Origin: Flavobacteriales bacterium
GTDB taxonomy: Bacteria; Bacteroidota; Bacteroidia; Flavobacteriales_F; PHOS-HE28
Direction of reading: 5' to 3'
Assembly (NCBI GenBank): GCA_016710965.1
Contig: JADJTW010000031.1
Span: forward strand, 727,887 to 791,886
DNA length: 64,000 nt
Part shown: in pieces, positions 38,746 through 47,477 of the stretch
Numbering within the stretch: position 1 is the first letter of the stretch
Layout: every line of letters starts with the position of its first letter
Program-made: the position numbers and the translations under genes
The notes under the pieces: generated by a model
Databases searched by the model: none
What the model was told of the DNA's origin: nothing
What the model saw: the letters and a program-made list of their open reading frames with translations, nothing else

Positions 38746-39570
38746 ATGAACATCTCCTTGCGGAATTTCTTGCTTGGCCTAACGCTGCTTGCGAGCGCCG
38801 TATGCATGGCCCAACCCACGTGGCGCTTCCACTTGGCGTTTGAGGATGGAAGCGGCGCGCGCGATACCATTTGGATGGTGTATGACACCGCCGCGCACAC
38901 GGACTGGGGGCCCAACGTGGATACTCTTTTGGGCGAAGGCAGAGTGGAACTCGATCCTACGCTGTTCAACGTTTGGTTGATCAATGCCGTGAATGACACC
39001 ACCAAGACAAGAGCGTACCCATACTCTGTTTTCCCTGATTTCGACGGCACCATCATCGACGCGATGAACTGGGTCCCGCCCATGACCATCACTTGGGACA
39101 CAAGCTTGTTCCATGCGCCGTACTTGCCCTACGTACAGGGCAGCTTTGGCATCGCGATCATGGATGGGCTGGCTTTCTCTGCCTATAACAACCATCCTGA
39201 ACTGGGATTCGGCATCTACGACATGCTCATCTCAGATAGCCTAACCGTGGACTTCTGATCAGACTTCCTGTTCCAATTCTCGGTGTACTTCGGGGCAGAT
39301 GATGGCACGGGGATTCCCCTGCAGGGTACCCGGCAAGTTGATCTGTCTCTATGGCCGGTTCCTGCGCAGTCTCACCTGCATCTGCGATCGGCAAGCGTGC
39401 TGGACGAAGTTCGCATCACGGACCTCTCCGGGCGCCTCATAGTTTCCGTGCCGTTGTCGTCGAACACCGGAACCATCCCTGTAGCCGATCTGGCTCCCGG
39501 CACCTATGTGCTCCTTGCTCGTTCACACCAACACCAGCTTTACCATGTCCAATTCCAAAAGGTCGATTAG
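38746..39570 (+). pseudogene. T9SS-secreted paralogue B, interrupted by an in-frame TGA at 39256-39258
   Basis: Same frame before and after the stop; paralogue C has tgg (W) at the matching position; the T9SS CTD lies after the stop. Confidence 0.45.
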
Positions 39571-39660
39571 CGTTGCGTTGGGCTCACCGCTATTGCATCC
39601 GTTGTAAAGCGATGTAGCTTCAACCCACCATTTAGCTGCACCCGCGAAACCCAACCAGCC

Positions 39661-40497
39661 ATGAACACCTTCCTGCGGAATTTCATATGTGGCCTGGTGC
39701 TTCTTCTAAGCGGCCTGTGCATGGCCCAACAGCAATGGCGCTTTCACTTGGCCTTCGAGGATGGTACCGGTGCGCGCGATACCATTTGGATGGTCTATGA
39801 TGTGAGCGCCACACTGGGTACTGTGCCTTGGCCAGGGCCTAATGTGGATACGCTGCTTGGCGAAGGGCCAGTGAATGTCAATGATGGACTGTTCCATGTA
39901 TTTAGAATGAACGCCGTGGGCGACACCACGCAAACGAACGCATATCCCTATTCTCAGTTCCCGAATTTCGACGGTACGATCATCGATGCCATGAACTGGG
40001 TGCCGCCCATGACCATCACCTGGGATACCAGCTTGTTCCATGCGCCGTACTTGCCTTACGTGCAAGGGAGCTTTGGAATCGCGACCATGGGGGGTCTTGC
40101 CTTCTCCGCATATAATAACCATCCGGAACTGGGATTCGACATTTACGACATGCTCATCTCCGACAGCATTACAGTGGATTTCCTTTGGGATTACCTGTTC
40201 CAGTTCGGCGTGGGCTTTGGCGCGGATGACGGCCTTGGCATCTCGCACGATACGGCATCAAACCAATCTTTGATGCTCACGCCAAATCCCGTTCACGACG
40301 ATTTGCGTATCCGCTGCAAGGAACCCCTGATCGACCTGATGGTCATGGACCAATTGGGTCGGCGTGTTCTTTCCACTCAAGACCCAGCCGCACCAACTCC
40401 TGTGGACGTGCGCTTGCTGAGACCGGGACTTTATCATGTTCGCGCTGTTGCACCAAACCACCACGTTTACCATGGCACATTTGAAAAGGTCGATTAG
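39661..40497 (+). CDS. T9SS-secreted paralogue C (intact)
   Basis: Full length with CTD ...LRIRCKEPLIDLMVMDQLGRRV...GLYHVRAV. Confidence 0.55.
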   Translation: MNTFLRNFICGLVLLLSGLCMAQQQWRFHLAFEDGTGARDTIWMVYDVSATLGTVPWPGPNVDTLLGEGPVNVNDGLFHVFRMNAVGDTTQTNAYPYSQFPNFDGTIIDAMNWVPPMTITWDTSLFHAPYLPYVQGSFGIATMGGLAFSAYNNHPELGFDIYDMLISDSITVDFLWDYLFQFGVGFGADDGLGISHDTASNQSLMLTPNPVHDDLRIRCKEPLIDLMVMDQLGRRVLSTQDPAAPTPVDVRLLRPGLYHVRAVAPNHHVYHGTFEKVD

Positions 40498-42982
40498 CGT
40501 TGCGCTGGCCACGGGACTCATTGTATCCACGGCACTTGCTCAGTGTGATTTCGTTGACCCGCCGTCGCCACCACAGCAGTTCGGTGGTGGTGGTGGGTCC
40601 TATGCTAGCTGGAATGGATGGTACCTGCCCACTTCGGGTACCTTACGCATACTTGTGGTGCTGGTGGAGCAGAATGGGGCCGTTGGAAGTACGGAATGGC
40701 CCGCGAACCAGTTGCCCATTTGGGTCGACAATTCCGACCCGAACATGAATCTCTTCGACTGGGATGTCCCAACTGGCACGGCCACCGGTTTGCTCACACG
40801 GTATTTCCAGGATGCTTCTTCGGGTCATTTCAACGTGGTGGCGGACTATCTCCTTGCTCCCGACAATGGTGGCATCTTCCACACCAGCAGTTCGTCCGTA
40901 TCAACCATCATTAATACAGTGAACGCCGCCTTGGGGACGAACATCGTAACAGGGCATGGTTTCACGAGCGTTACCGACTTCGACAAATGGGAAACGAGCA
41001 CGACGGCCACCGGCCCTGGTTTGCCGAAGATCCCCGGCGCTGAACCTAATGGGGTCTATGATCATGTGATGTTCATCTACCGTACATCTGGTTGGAACAA
41101 CAATACCGGATATGCCTCCTCCTCCGGACTTCCAGTAGCTCTCCTCGGGCACCAAGCCAATACATACAGCTTCTTCTATTCGCACAAAGACCTTCCCATC
41201 GACATCATGCGGCATGAGTTCAGCCATATGCTCTACGGAGGAAACAATTTCCACACGGGCGGTGGAGGCTGGGCCGGTAGTGGCATTGGAGAGTATTTCA
41301 TCAATATGGGATGCGGCTGGAGCAACATGGGCTTGGCAAATGGTTCTTTGAATTCCTGGAACGCCTGGGACCGCCAGCGTATGGGCTGGTATGGTGTCAC
41401 CAGCGGAGTGGATAATGTTTATCCGGTATCCGCGCGCGATGCCAACAATGCAGCAGAGGTGAACGGCGACTTGGACGCTACCGTTCCAAGCGGTGCGGGC
41501 ATCTACACTTTGCGGGATTTCGTGAACACCGGCGATGCCATACGCATCAAACTGCCTTTTACTGACCCCAGTGCTGAGTACCCGGAATTCCTGTGGGTGG
41601 AGAACCACCAGGGCCGTGACCAGAATGCTAATCCCTTCGACAAGTGGCAGTACGAAGGCGACCCGTGCATAGAGGGGGTCGTGCCGGGCTTGCAGATGTA
41701 TGTGCAGATCGACAAGGAGGTGCGTGAAGCGTCTTCTTCAACACCCATCTATTCGGGACCCGGTGATCACATTCGGCCATTGGATGCCAATGGGCATGTG
41801 GACGAGACCTTCGAAACCACCACACAATTGAACACGTGTATCTGCTGGCTATGTCCCAAGAATCCATTCGTGCGCGGCCTGCCGAACCCGTTGACTGGGA
41901 CGGCGGACCGCCACTGGGTTCCTCTGGATGGGAATGCGGATAACCACATATCGACACCCACACTTGCCGACAGCCCTGCGAACACCATTGAAAGCAGTTC
42001 CGGAACCTACCAGATGCATGCGTATGATCTGGGCAATTCCCGCCAGGTCTTCACCCCTGGCGGCAACCACAAGCTGGGCATCGGCACCAACCCCAGCAGC
42101 GCGACGATGATGAATTTGGTGGGATGGATCAACAACATCGACAATCAGCCGAACCTTCGCCGCATCTACCTCAACGGAGTTTCCGTGGAGATCCTGTCGC
42201 AGAATGCGGATGGTTCAATCACCGTGCAAGTGCGTTTTGATGATGTGGATGTGAGCAACGATGCGCGCTGGTGCGCGGATGAGATCCAGTTGAACCCGGT
42301 GGTCACCTCCACAGGTTACTCGCTCAACATCACAACCGGCAACACCCTCTTACTGGACCGTGGCACAACCGCCACGCAGCGGGATGCAACACCGGTGTTG
42401 TACAATGGTCAGCAGGTGTTCAACATGCCAACGCTCATGCGTTGCACCAATGGCACCTTGCTGAACATGGAGGGCGGCAGCCAGTTGATCGTTGATAACG
42501 GGAGCACCTTGCGTCTGGAGTCCGGTTCGCGCTTGGACTTGATGAGCGGTAGCGACCTGCATGTGCGCAACGGTGGTAAGTTCGAGATCATGCCGGGCGC
42601 GGTCCTGAACGTCGCGAACGGTGCGCGGGTGCGCATCGAGGAAGGGCCGGACCCCTCGCTGGATGGTCGTTTGATCTACCATCCGGGCGCCATCATCCAT
42701 CTGGACGGCACCACTTCGGAATTGGCCTTCGCAGGAGTATTGGAGATCAAGGACAACGCCACTTTCCAGGTCGTATCGAACACCAGCCCATTCTACACAA
42801 AAGGCACTATCCGGTTCCACAGCACACGCGTTCCGAGCCAGAACGTGGTGGCCGGGAGCAATTCCCGGTTCGTAGTACGCAGCAATAGCTTCTACCAGCG
42901 CGTGCTCTACGTAGACCAAGAGAGCCTATATGGTCCAGTGGAACTGGTGGAGTTCACCTCCTTTCGGTATCCGCAGTGCTGA
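40472..42982 (+). CDS. N-terminal part of a very large secreted HExxH zinc-metallopeptidase-like protein
   Basis: Signal peptide MAHLKRSISVALATGLIVSTALAQ; MRHEFSHMLYGG (HExxH) at about 41211-41228; parallel-beta-helix-like repeats. The ORF ends 7 nt after the next ORF begins, in another frame. Confidence 0.5.
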   Translation: MAHLKRSISVALATGLIVSTALAQCDFVDPPSPPQQFGGGGGSYASWNGWYLPTSGTLRILVVLVEQNGAVGSTEWPANQLPIWVDNSDPNMNLFDWDVPTGTATGLLTRYFQDASSGHFNVVADYLLAPDNGGIFHTSSSSVSTIINTVNAALGTNIVTGHGFTSVTDFDKWETSTTATGPGLPKIPGAEPNGVYDHVMFIYRTSGWNNNTGYASSSGLPVALLGHQANTYSFFYSHKDLPIDIMRHEFSHMLYGGNNFHTGGGGWAGSGIGEYFINMGCGWSNMGLANGSLNSWNAWDRQRMGWYGVTSGVDNVYPVSARDANNAAEVNGDLDATVPSGAGIYTLRDFVNTGDAIRIKLPFTDPSAEYPEFLWVENHQGRDQNANPFDKWQYEGDPCIEGVVPGLQMYVQIDKEVREASSSTPIYSGPGDHIRPLDANGHVDETFETTTQLNTCICWLCPKNPFVRGLPNPLTGTADRHWVPLDGNADNHISTPTLADSPANTIESSSGTYQMHAYDLGNSRQVFTPGGNHKLGIGTNPSSATMMNLVGWINNIDNQPNLRRIYLNGVSVEILSQNADGSITVQVRFDDVDVSNDARWCADEIQLNPVVTSTGYSLNITTGNTLLLDRGTTATQRDATPVLYNGQQVFNMPTLMRCTNGTLLNMEGGSQLIVDNGSTLRLESGSRLDLMSGSDLHVRNGGKFEIMPGAVLNVANGARVRIEEGPDPSLDGRLIYHPGAIIHLDGTTSELAFAGVLEIKDNATFQVVSNTSPFYTKGTIRFHSTRVPSQNVVAGSNSRFVVRSNSFYQRVLYVDQESLYGPVELVEFTSFRYPQC

Positions 42983-44505
42983 ACCAGAACGCACGCATCG
43001 TTGCGCCGGTCACGAATGCTTGTGATATCAAGGTGATCAATGCGCGGGTCACATCGCCGGGAGCTACGAACAACCACAGAGGCTACCGATTGAACGGCCA
43101 GCAGCAAGTAACGCTACAGGGTTCGCGCTTCGAACGCGGATCCTATGGGCTGTACACCTTCAACCCAACTCTAGGCAACTCACCCCATGTGAACAACTGC
43201 GAATTCGCCGACTGCGGGATCGGGATGTACAGCTTGGGCAAGGCAGTATCGGTGTACGGCAGCTTGTTCAAGACATGCAAGGCCGGTTTGCTCGCCGAAC
43301 AGGTTTCGCAAACGTCCAAGATCATTAACTGTGATGCCAACGGGAACTCGACCGGCATTTTCGTTCAAGGCTCCGCCAGCCTCCTAGTACTCGATCCGGA
43401 ATTCGACTTCAATGTAAGAGGCCTCGTCCTGGAAGGAATGGATACCCGGATCGAATGCGGCAGCATCAGCGACAACACCCTCTTGGGCATCCATCTCAAG
43501 TATTCCGGAACGCTCCGGATGGATGGCACGATCGGTCAGGAGCACCCCCCGCTGACCGCGTTGAACAATCCAACCACCATCAGCTTGCTCCAAGCCAACA
43601 ACGTTTTCCTGAACCTTGGGAACAACAGCTTGCGTCCTTTGCAAACCGGTATTGGCAAAACCCTGAACGGCACCTTGATCTGCGGCCCATGGCAAGTGCA
43701 GTCCGCTTACAGGAACAATTGGGAAGGGACGCCCTTCACGCCACTCACCTCGGCGGAGTATGCCGTGGTCACCTGCGCGGTACAAACACCCGTGATCTTC
43801 GACGATCCCTTCGGCGCGGACGAAACCCCTTGTGGGCAGGCGCTTACCCCGTGCCCGAATCCGCCTTGCGTCACTGGACCGGAGCTCGACGCGTTCGTGC
43901 TTTGCCCGAGCTGCCGCGAAATAGAAACCGATGAACTTGGCACGGTGGACTTGAACATTGCCAGCTTCGAGGCGAAGCTCTTGGGTGACGACGATACCGA
44001 ACCTGCGAACGAGACCGCAGCCATTGATCTGCACGCGCAGATCCTCATGAACGACTTGGAGAACCCAACGGCCGACGAGGCTTACCTGGTCGGATTCAAC
44101 TACAATGCACTGAAGGAGAGCTACAGCGATGCCTTGGAGAAGGGCCAGCTCATTGCCGACCCCAACGACCCGGTCACGGATGAATATGTGGGTATGATAA
44201 CCGAGGTCCAGGACAAGCGCATGGATGAGGCGGAGATGGGCGACTATTATGAACTCAAGCTCTTCTCGGCGATCGACAAAGCACAGACACTGCGGGCGGC
44301 AGGGAAATATGCTGACGCTGTCGCGATGTTCGACGCCATCCTCACATGGGTGGGTCCCGATGAAGAGGATATGGTCTCGCGTTTGGCCTGCTTAACCGTT
44401 CTCCGCTACCCAATGGCACGGCTCAATGTTCAGGTGGCGTTGGGATCGCGACACGAGAGGGTGGCGTCAGCGTTGTCGGTTTCAGCGGTGAACACACGCG
44501 GTTGA
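42976..44505 (+). CDS. continuation (beta-helix/pectate-lyase-like region) of the same large protein after a frameshift
   Basis: The repeat character (NGARVRIEEG..., QGSRFERGSYGL...) continues across the junction. Confidence 0.4.
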   Translation: MLNQNARIVAPVTNACDIKVINARVTSPGATNNHRGYRLNGQQQVTLQGSRFERGSYGLYTFNPTLGNSPHVNNCEFADCGIGMYSLGKAVSVYGSLFKTCKAGLLAEQVSQTSKIINCDANGNSTGIFVQGSASLLVLDPEFDFNVRGLVLEGMDTRIECGSISDNTLLGIHLKYSGTLRMDGTIGQEHPPLTALNNPTTISLLQANNVFLNLGNNSLRPLQTGIGKTLNGTLICGPWQVQSAYRNNWEGTPFTPLTSAEYAVVTCAVQTPVIFDDPFGADETPCGQALTPCPNPPCVTGPELDAFVLCPSCREIETDELGTVDLNIASFEAKLLGDDDTEPANETAAIDLHAQILMNDLENPTADEAYLVGFNYNALKESYSDALEKGQLIADPNDPVTDEYVGMITEVQDKRMDEAEMGDYYELKLFSAIDKAQTLRAAGKYADAVAMFDAILTWVGPDEEDMVSRLACLTVLRYPMARLNVQVALGSRHERVASALSVSAVNTRG

Positions 44506-44660
44506 GCGTATTGGACGTTGCTGGTCGGCTCGTTTGGAACGCTTCTACATCGCCCAGCACAACGCTCGTAGGCCAGGACTTCCCCAGTGGTTTGTACAAC
44601 TACATACTGATCGGCGAGGGCGGCTCCCGTTGCTCCGGACGCTTCGCAGTGGTTCGCTGA
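44364..44660 (+). other. out-of-frame T9SS C-terminal sorting domain belonging to the disrupted large gene
   Basis: The frame-shifted reading ...GVSVVGFSGEHTRLSVLDVAGRLVWNASTSPSTTLVGQDFPSGLYNYILIGEGGSRCSGRFAVVR* is a classic type-A CTD. Confidence 0.5.
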
Positions 44661-44701
44661 TCCCTAGCAGTTGACTGATATCCGCGCACGCGTGTCCGCA
44701 C

Positions 44702-44709
44702 TACATTTG
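44702..44709 (+). promoter_or_regulatory. candidate -7 element TACATTTG upstream of nuoA
   Basis: tacatttg about 20 nt upstream of ATG 44730. Confidence 0.3.
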
Positions 44710-44729
44710 GCCGCCCAATAAACACCCCC

Positions 44730-45107
44730 TTGTTGCTCCAAGCCGTTTCCTCCCCAGCCGACTACCTGCCCATCGTGATGCAGACGCTCATCGCGGTGGG
44801 TTTCGTCGGCTTTGCGCTGTCCGCGGCGGCCTGGCTTGGCCCCAAGATCCACGGCAAGCGCAAGGACGAGAACTTCGAGTGCGGCATCGAACAGCACGGC
44901 AACGCGCGCACGCCGTTCTCGGTGAAGTACCTGCTCATCGCCATCCTTTTCGTGCTCTTCGATGTGGAGATCATCTTCCTCTATCCCTGGGCGGTGAACT
45001 TCAAGGAGCTCGGCACTGTTGGGTTCGTGGAAATGGTGGTCTTCGTCACCTTCGTTTTGGCTGGCCTCTACTATGTGTTGCGCAAAGGCGTAATGAAGAT
45101 CGAATGA
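44730..45107 (+). CDS. nuoA: NADH-quinone oxidoreductase subunit A
   Basis: LIAVGFVGFALSAAAWLGPKIHGKRKDENFECGIEQHGNARTPFSVKYLLIAILFVLFDVEIIFLYPWAV. Confidence 0.85.
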   Translation: MLLQAVSSPADYLPIVMQTLIAVGFVGFALSAAAWLGPKIHGKRKDENFECGIEQHGNARTPFSVKYLLIAILFVLFDVEIIFLYPWAVNFKELGTVGFVEMVVFVTFVLAGLYYVLRKGVMKIE

Positions 45108-45310
45108 GCGACATCCAAAAGACCGATCGCCCCAAGCCGATCATCGTGGCTCCGCCCGATGGTCACTCCGGCTCTGGCTTCTTCGCCACCAAAGTGGATC
45201 AGGCCATCGGCATGGCGCGCAAGAACAGCTTGTGGCCCCTGCCCTTCGCCACCAGCTGTTGCGGCATCGAGTTCATGAGCGTGCGCTCGGCAGGACCTCT
45301 TCGCGGTTAG
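45104..45310 (+). pseudogene. nuoB: NADH-quinone oxidoreductase subunit B, truncated after about 68 codons
   Basis: MSDIQKTDRPKPIIVAPPDGHSGSGFFATKVDQAIGMARKNSLWPLPFATSCCGIEFMSV, then RSAGPLRG*. The ATGA overlaps nuoA; no NuoB continuation is found in any frame. Confidence 0.6.
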
Positions 45311-45357
45311 GTCTCGAGATCTGCCGACATCACCTCTGATGACGGTCCACTTGAATG

Positions 45358-45388
45358 AGCGAGGCCCGCGGATCACCGCGGGCCTCGC
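45358..45388. terminator. perfect 13-bp GC hairpin (gcgaggcccgcgg-atcac-ccgcgggcctcgc) between convergent genes
   Basis: Seen directly in the sequence; it lacks a U-tract. Confidence 0.35.
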
Positions 45389-45407
45389 CATCCAACAGGG
45401 TGTTCGA

Positions 45408-46346
45408 TCAATGCTTGGTCACGCGGCGTACTTCCTCGCGCACGCCATCGCGCAGGTGCACGAAATACACGCCATCGGGGAAGGCCCCAAGATCAACCTG
45501 GGAGCGGGTGATGGCTCCCATGCGAGGCGCGGTAGTGGGCGCCACCACCACGCGGCCGGTAACGTCCAATACTTCCACGACAGCGGATGCCGATGCGCCC
45601 GCCCACTCAATGGTCACGTTTCCTTCGGTGGGGTTCGGGAAGGTGCTGAGCGCTTGTTCAACGGCCTCCTCGTAGCCCACCGTGCTGAGGTCGGTGATGA
45701 TCACATCATCGATGTAGAAGAGCGGAACGTTCGTCCCGCCACCTGCATAGGCGAAGAAATCAACACCACCGATGTGGCTCGGGCCTGGCACGTTCGTGAG
45801 CCAGCTGTACGCAATGGTGCCGTTGAGCGCAATGGTGCCAGCCTGGCTGTTCAGATCGATCACGATGATCACATTGAACCACTGGTCCTGGGTGTAGGTG
45901 CCCGCAGTCGTAACACTATTCACGAGGTAGGCCACGGTTCCGTCTGGCGCGAAGGTGACATCCGCCATCCAGCTACCGGCGCCCGGTATCTCGTTGTGCT
46001 GCAGGTTGAAATAGCCGCCATTGCCTGCGGGGATGTACATGTAGAAGCTCAGACCGTACACACCCGTGGAGTGGTCGCCCAAGCCAAGGATCAGATCCAC
46101 AGGACCGCCTGCGGCTGCGCCAGTGACCTTGATGCTCAACGGTGCGGAGTAGGCCTGTTCATCGCTCAGTGGCGCGTCCTCCGACCCGCCTGGAGCTTGC
46201 GACCACGTGTTCCAAGGGGCACCAGCGGTTTGTGCGACCATGTCGCCACTGGCGTAGCTGTCGAAATTCTCATTGAGCACGATCACCTGCGCGCCCAGCG
46301 CACCGGTGAAAGCTGTTGCGATACCGAAGAGTAAGGTTCGTTTCAT
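45408..46346 (-). CDS. secreted protein with T9SS C-terminal sorting domain
   Basis: Signal peptide MKRTLLFGIATAFTGALGAQ; CTD ...FPNPTEGNVTIEW...VYFVHLRDG. Confidence 0.5.
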   Translation of the reverse strand: MKRTLLFGIATAFTGALGAQVIVLNENFDSYASGDMVAQTAGAPWNTWSQAPGGSEDAPLSDEQAYSAPLSIKVTGAAAGGPVDLILGLGDHSTGVYGLSFYMYIPAGNGGYFNLQHNEIPGAGSWMADVTFAPDGTVAYLVNSVTTAGTYTQDQWFNVIIVIDLNSQAGTIALNGTIAYSWLTNVPGPSHIGGVDFFAYAGGGTNVPLFYIDDVIITDLSTVGYEEAVEQALSTFPNPTEGNVTIEWAGASASAVVEVLDVTGRVVVAPTTAPRMGAITRSQVDLGAFPDGVYFVHLRDGVREEVRRVTKH

Positions 46347-46483
46347 GGTTCGAGGGGTTTTGTTTGGGTCGAAAAGGTAATCATCCTTGTGACCGATGGT
46401 TCATCCCGGGAGCAGAACTTGCCTCCTCCTGGGGATCGAACCCGGCGTGATCTTTGGGGTCATACGTCCATAATCCCCGCACC

Positions 46484-47428
46484 ATGAAGACGCTTTTCAC
46501 CATCCTGGCTTCGGCCTTTATCGTTGCCCAGGCGTTCGCAGCAAAGCCGATTCCCGCAGCAGCCGATAGCACCGGCCTCCCTGGCGACCACTTCGATCTG
46601 CAAGGTGCGGTGGAGCTGTTCAAAGTCGCCAAGGACTTGGAGAGCTTCGAACGAAGCCTGAACACCGAGGAGCAGCACGTGAACAACCTCGATCTCGATG
46701 CCGATGGCAAGGTGGACTACGTGCGCGTGATCGACCACGCCGAAGGCGAGGCGCATGCGATCACCATGCAGGTGGCCTTGGGCAAGGAGGAATTCCAGGA
46801 TGTGGCGGTGATCGAATTGGAGAAGAACGGCGATGCGAGCGCAGTGCTGCAGATCCGCGGAGCCGAAGAGCTCTATGGCGCCGATGTCATCGTTGAACCG
46901 TTCGAGGAGAAAGAGGTGGCTCCCACCGGTACAGGCCCATCTGCACCGGATGATCTTCCGCGTATCCGCATCTGGGTGAACGTATGGGCATGGCCTTGTG
47001 TCACGTGGATCTATGGACCTACCTACATCGTGTGGAGTTCACCTTGGTACTGGGGCTACTACCCGCCTTGGTGGAGCCCGTGGTCGCCTTGGGGATGGAG
47101 CGCTTGGTACAGCTGGAACCGTCCGTATTGGGGCTGGTACCACCAAGTCGGCATGTGCAGGACGACGAACGCCCATGCTCTCTACCAGCATCGCGCTTCG
47201 CATTCCGCAATTGTGCGACAACGCACGCAAGCCGTGCGTGAAGCCCGAGCAGCGACGCGCGTACAGCCAGCAAAGCAGGAAAAGCGTCCGGGGCAGGCAT
47301 CGCCCCGCTCGCGGCAGCGCAACAACGGGGTTAAGCCGCAGCGCCCGCCTCAGCCCACAACCCGTCCGGCACCGGGCAGAGGCGGATCCAATCCCGGTCG
47401 CACGGCACCGGTCCGTCGAAGTCGCTGA
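46484..47428 (+). CDS. secreted protein with a Trp/Pro/Tyr-rich segment and a basic Pro/Arg-rich tail
   Basis: Signal peptide MKTLFTILASAFIVAQAFA; WPCVTWIYGPTYIVWSSPWYWGYYPPWWSPWSPWGWSAWYSWNRPYWGWY. Confidence 0.4.
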   Translation: MKTLFTILASAFIVAQAFAAKPIPAAADSTGLPGDHFDLQGAVELFKVAKDLESFERSLNTEEQHVNNLDLDADGKVDYVRVIDHAEGEAHAITMQVALGKEEFQDVAVIELEKNGDASAVLQIRGAEELYGADVIVEPFEEKEVAPTGTGPSAPDDLPRIRIWVNVWAWPCVTWIYGPTYIVWSSPWYWGYYPPWWSPWSPWGWSAWYSWNRPYWGWYHQVGMCRTTNAHALYQHRASHSAIVRQRTQAVREARAATRVQPAKQEKRPGQASPRSRQRNNGVKPQRPPQPTTRPAPGRGGSNPGRTAPVRRSR

Positions 47429-47452
47429 GCAAGGCTGATCCTAGGCTTCGGC

Positions 47453-47460
47453 TACTTTCG
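47453..47460 (+). promoter_or_regulatory. candidate -7 element TACTTTCG upstream of ileS
   Basis: tactttcg 17 nt upstream of ATG 47478. Confidence 0.3.
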
Positions 47461-47477
47461 CGGCCCTTACAGCCGCG

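Noticed and set aside
39256-39258. TGA in paralogue B as selenocysteine or a stop-codon reassignment
   Set aside because: TGA terminates metG, ileS and other genes here. The paralogue has Trp at this position and no SECIS-like structure is evident. A nonsense mutation or sequencing error is more parsimonious.
40436-40471. N-terminal extension MFALLHQTTTFT of the metalloprotease ORF
   Set aside because: It overlaps paralogue C coding sequence, and the signal peptide begins at MAHLKR (40472).
45313-45322. CTCGAGATCT (XhoI + BglII) as evidence of an engineered or cloning scar at the nuoB breakpoint
   Set aside because: A single 10-mer can occur by chance in 64 kb. There are no flanking vector-like sequences, resistance genes or linkers. 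It is noted in the nuoB finding only as a curiosity.
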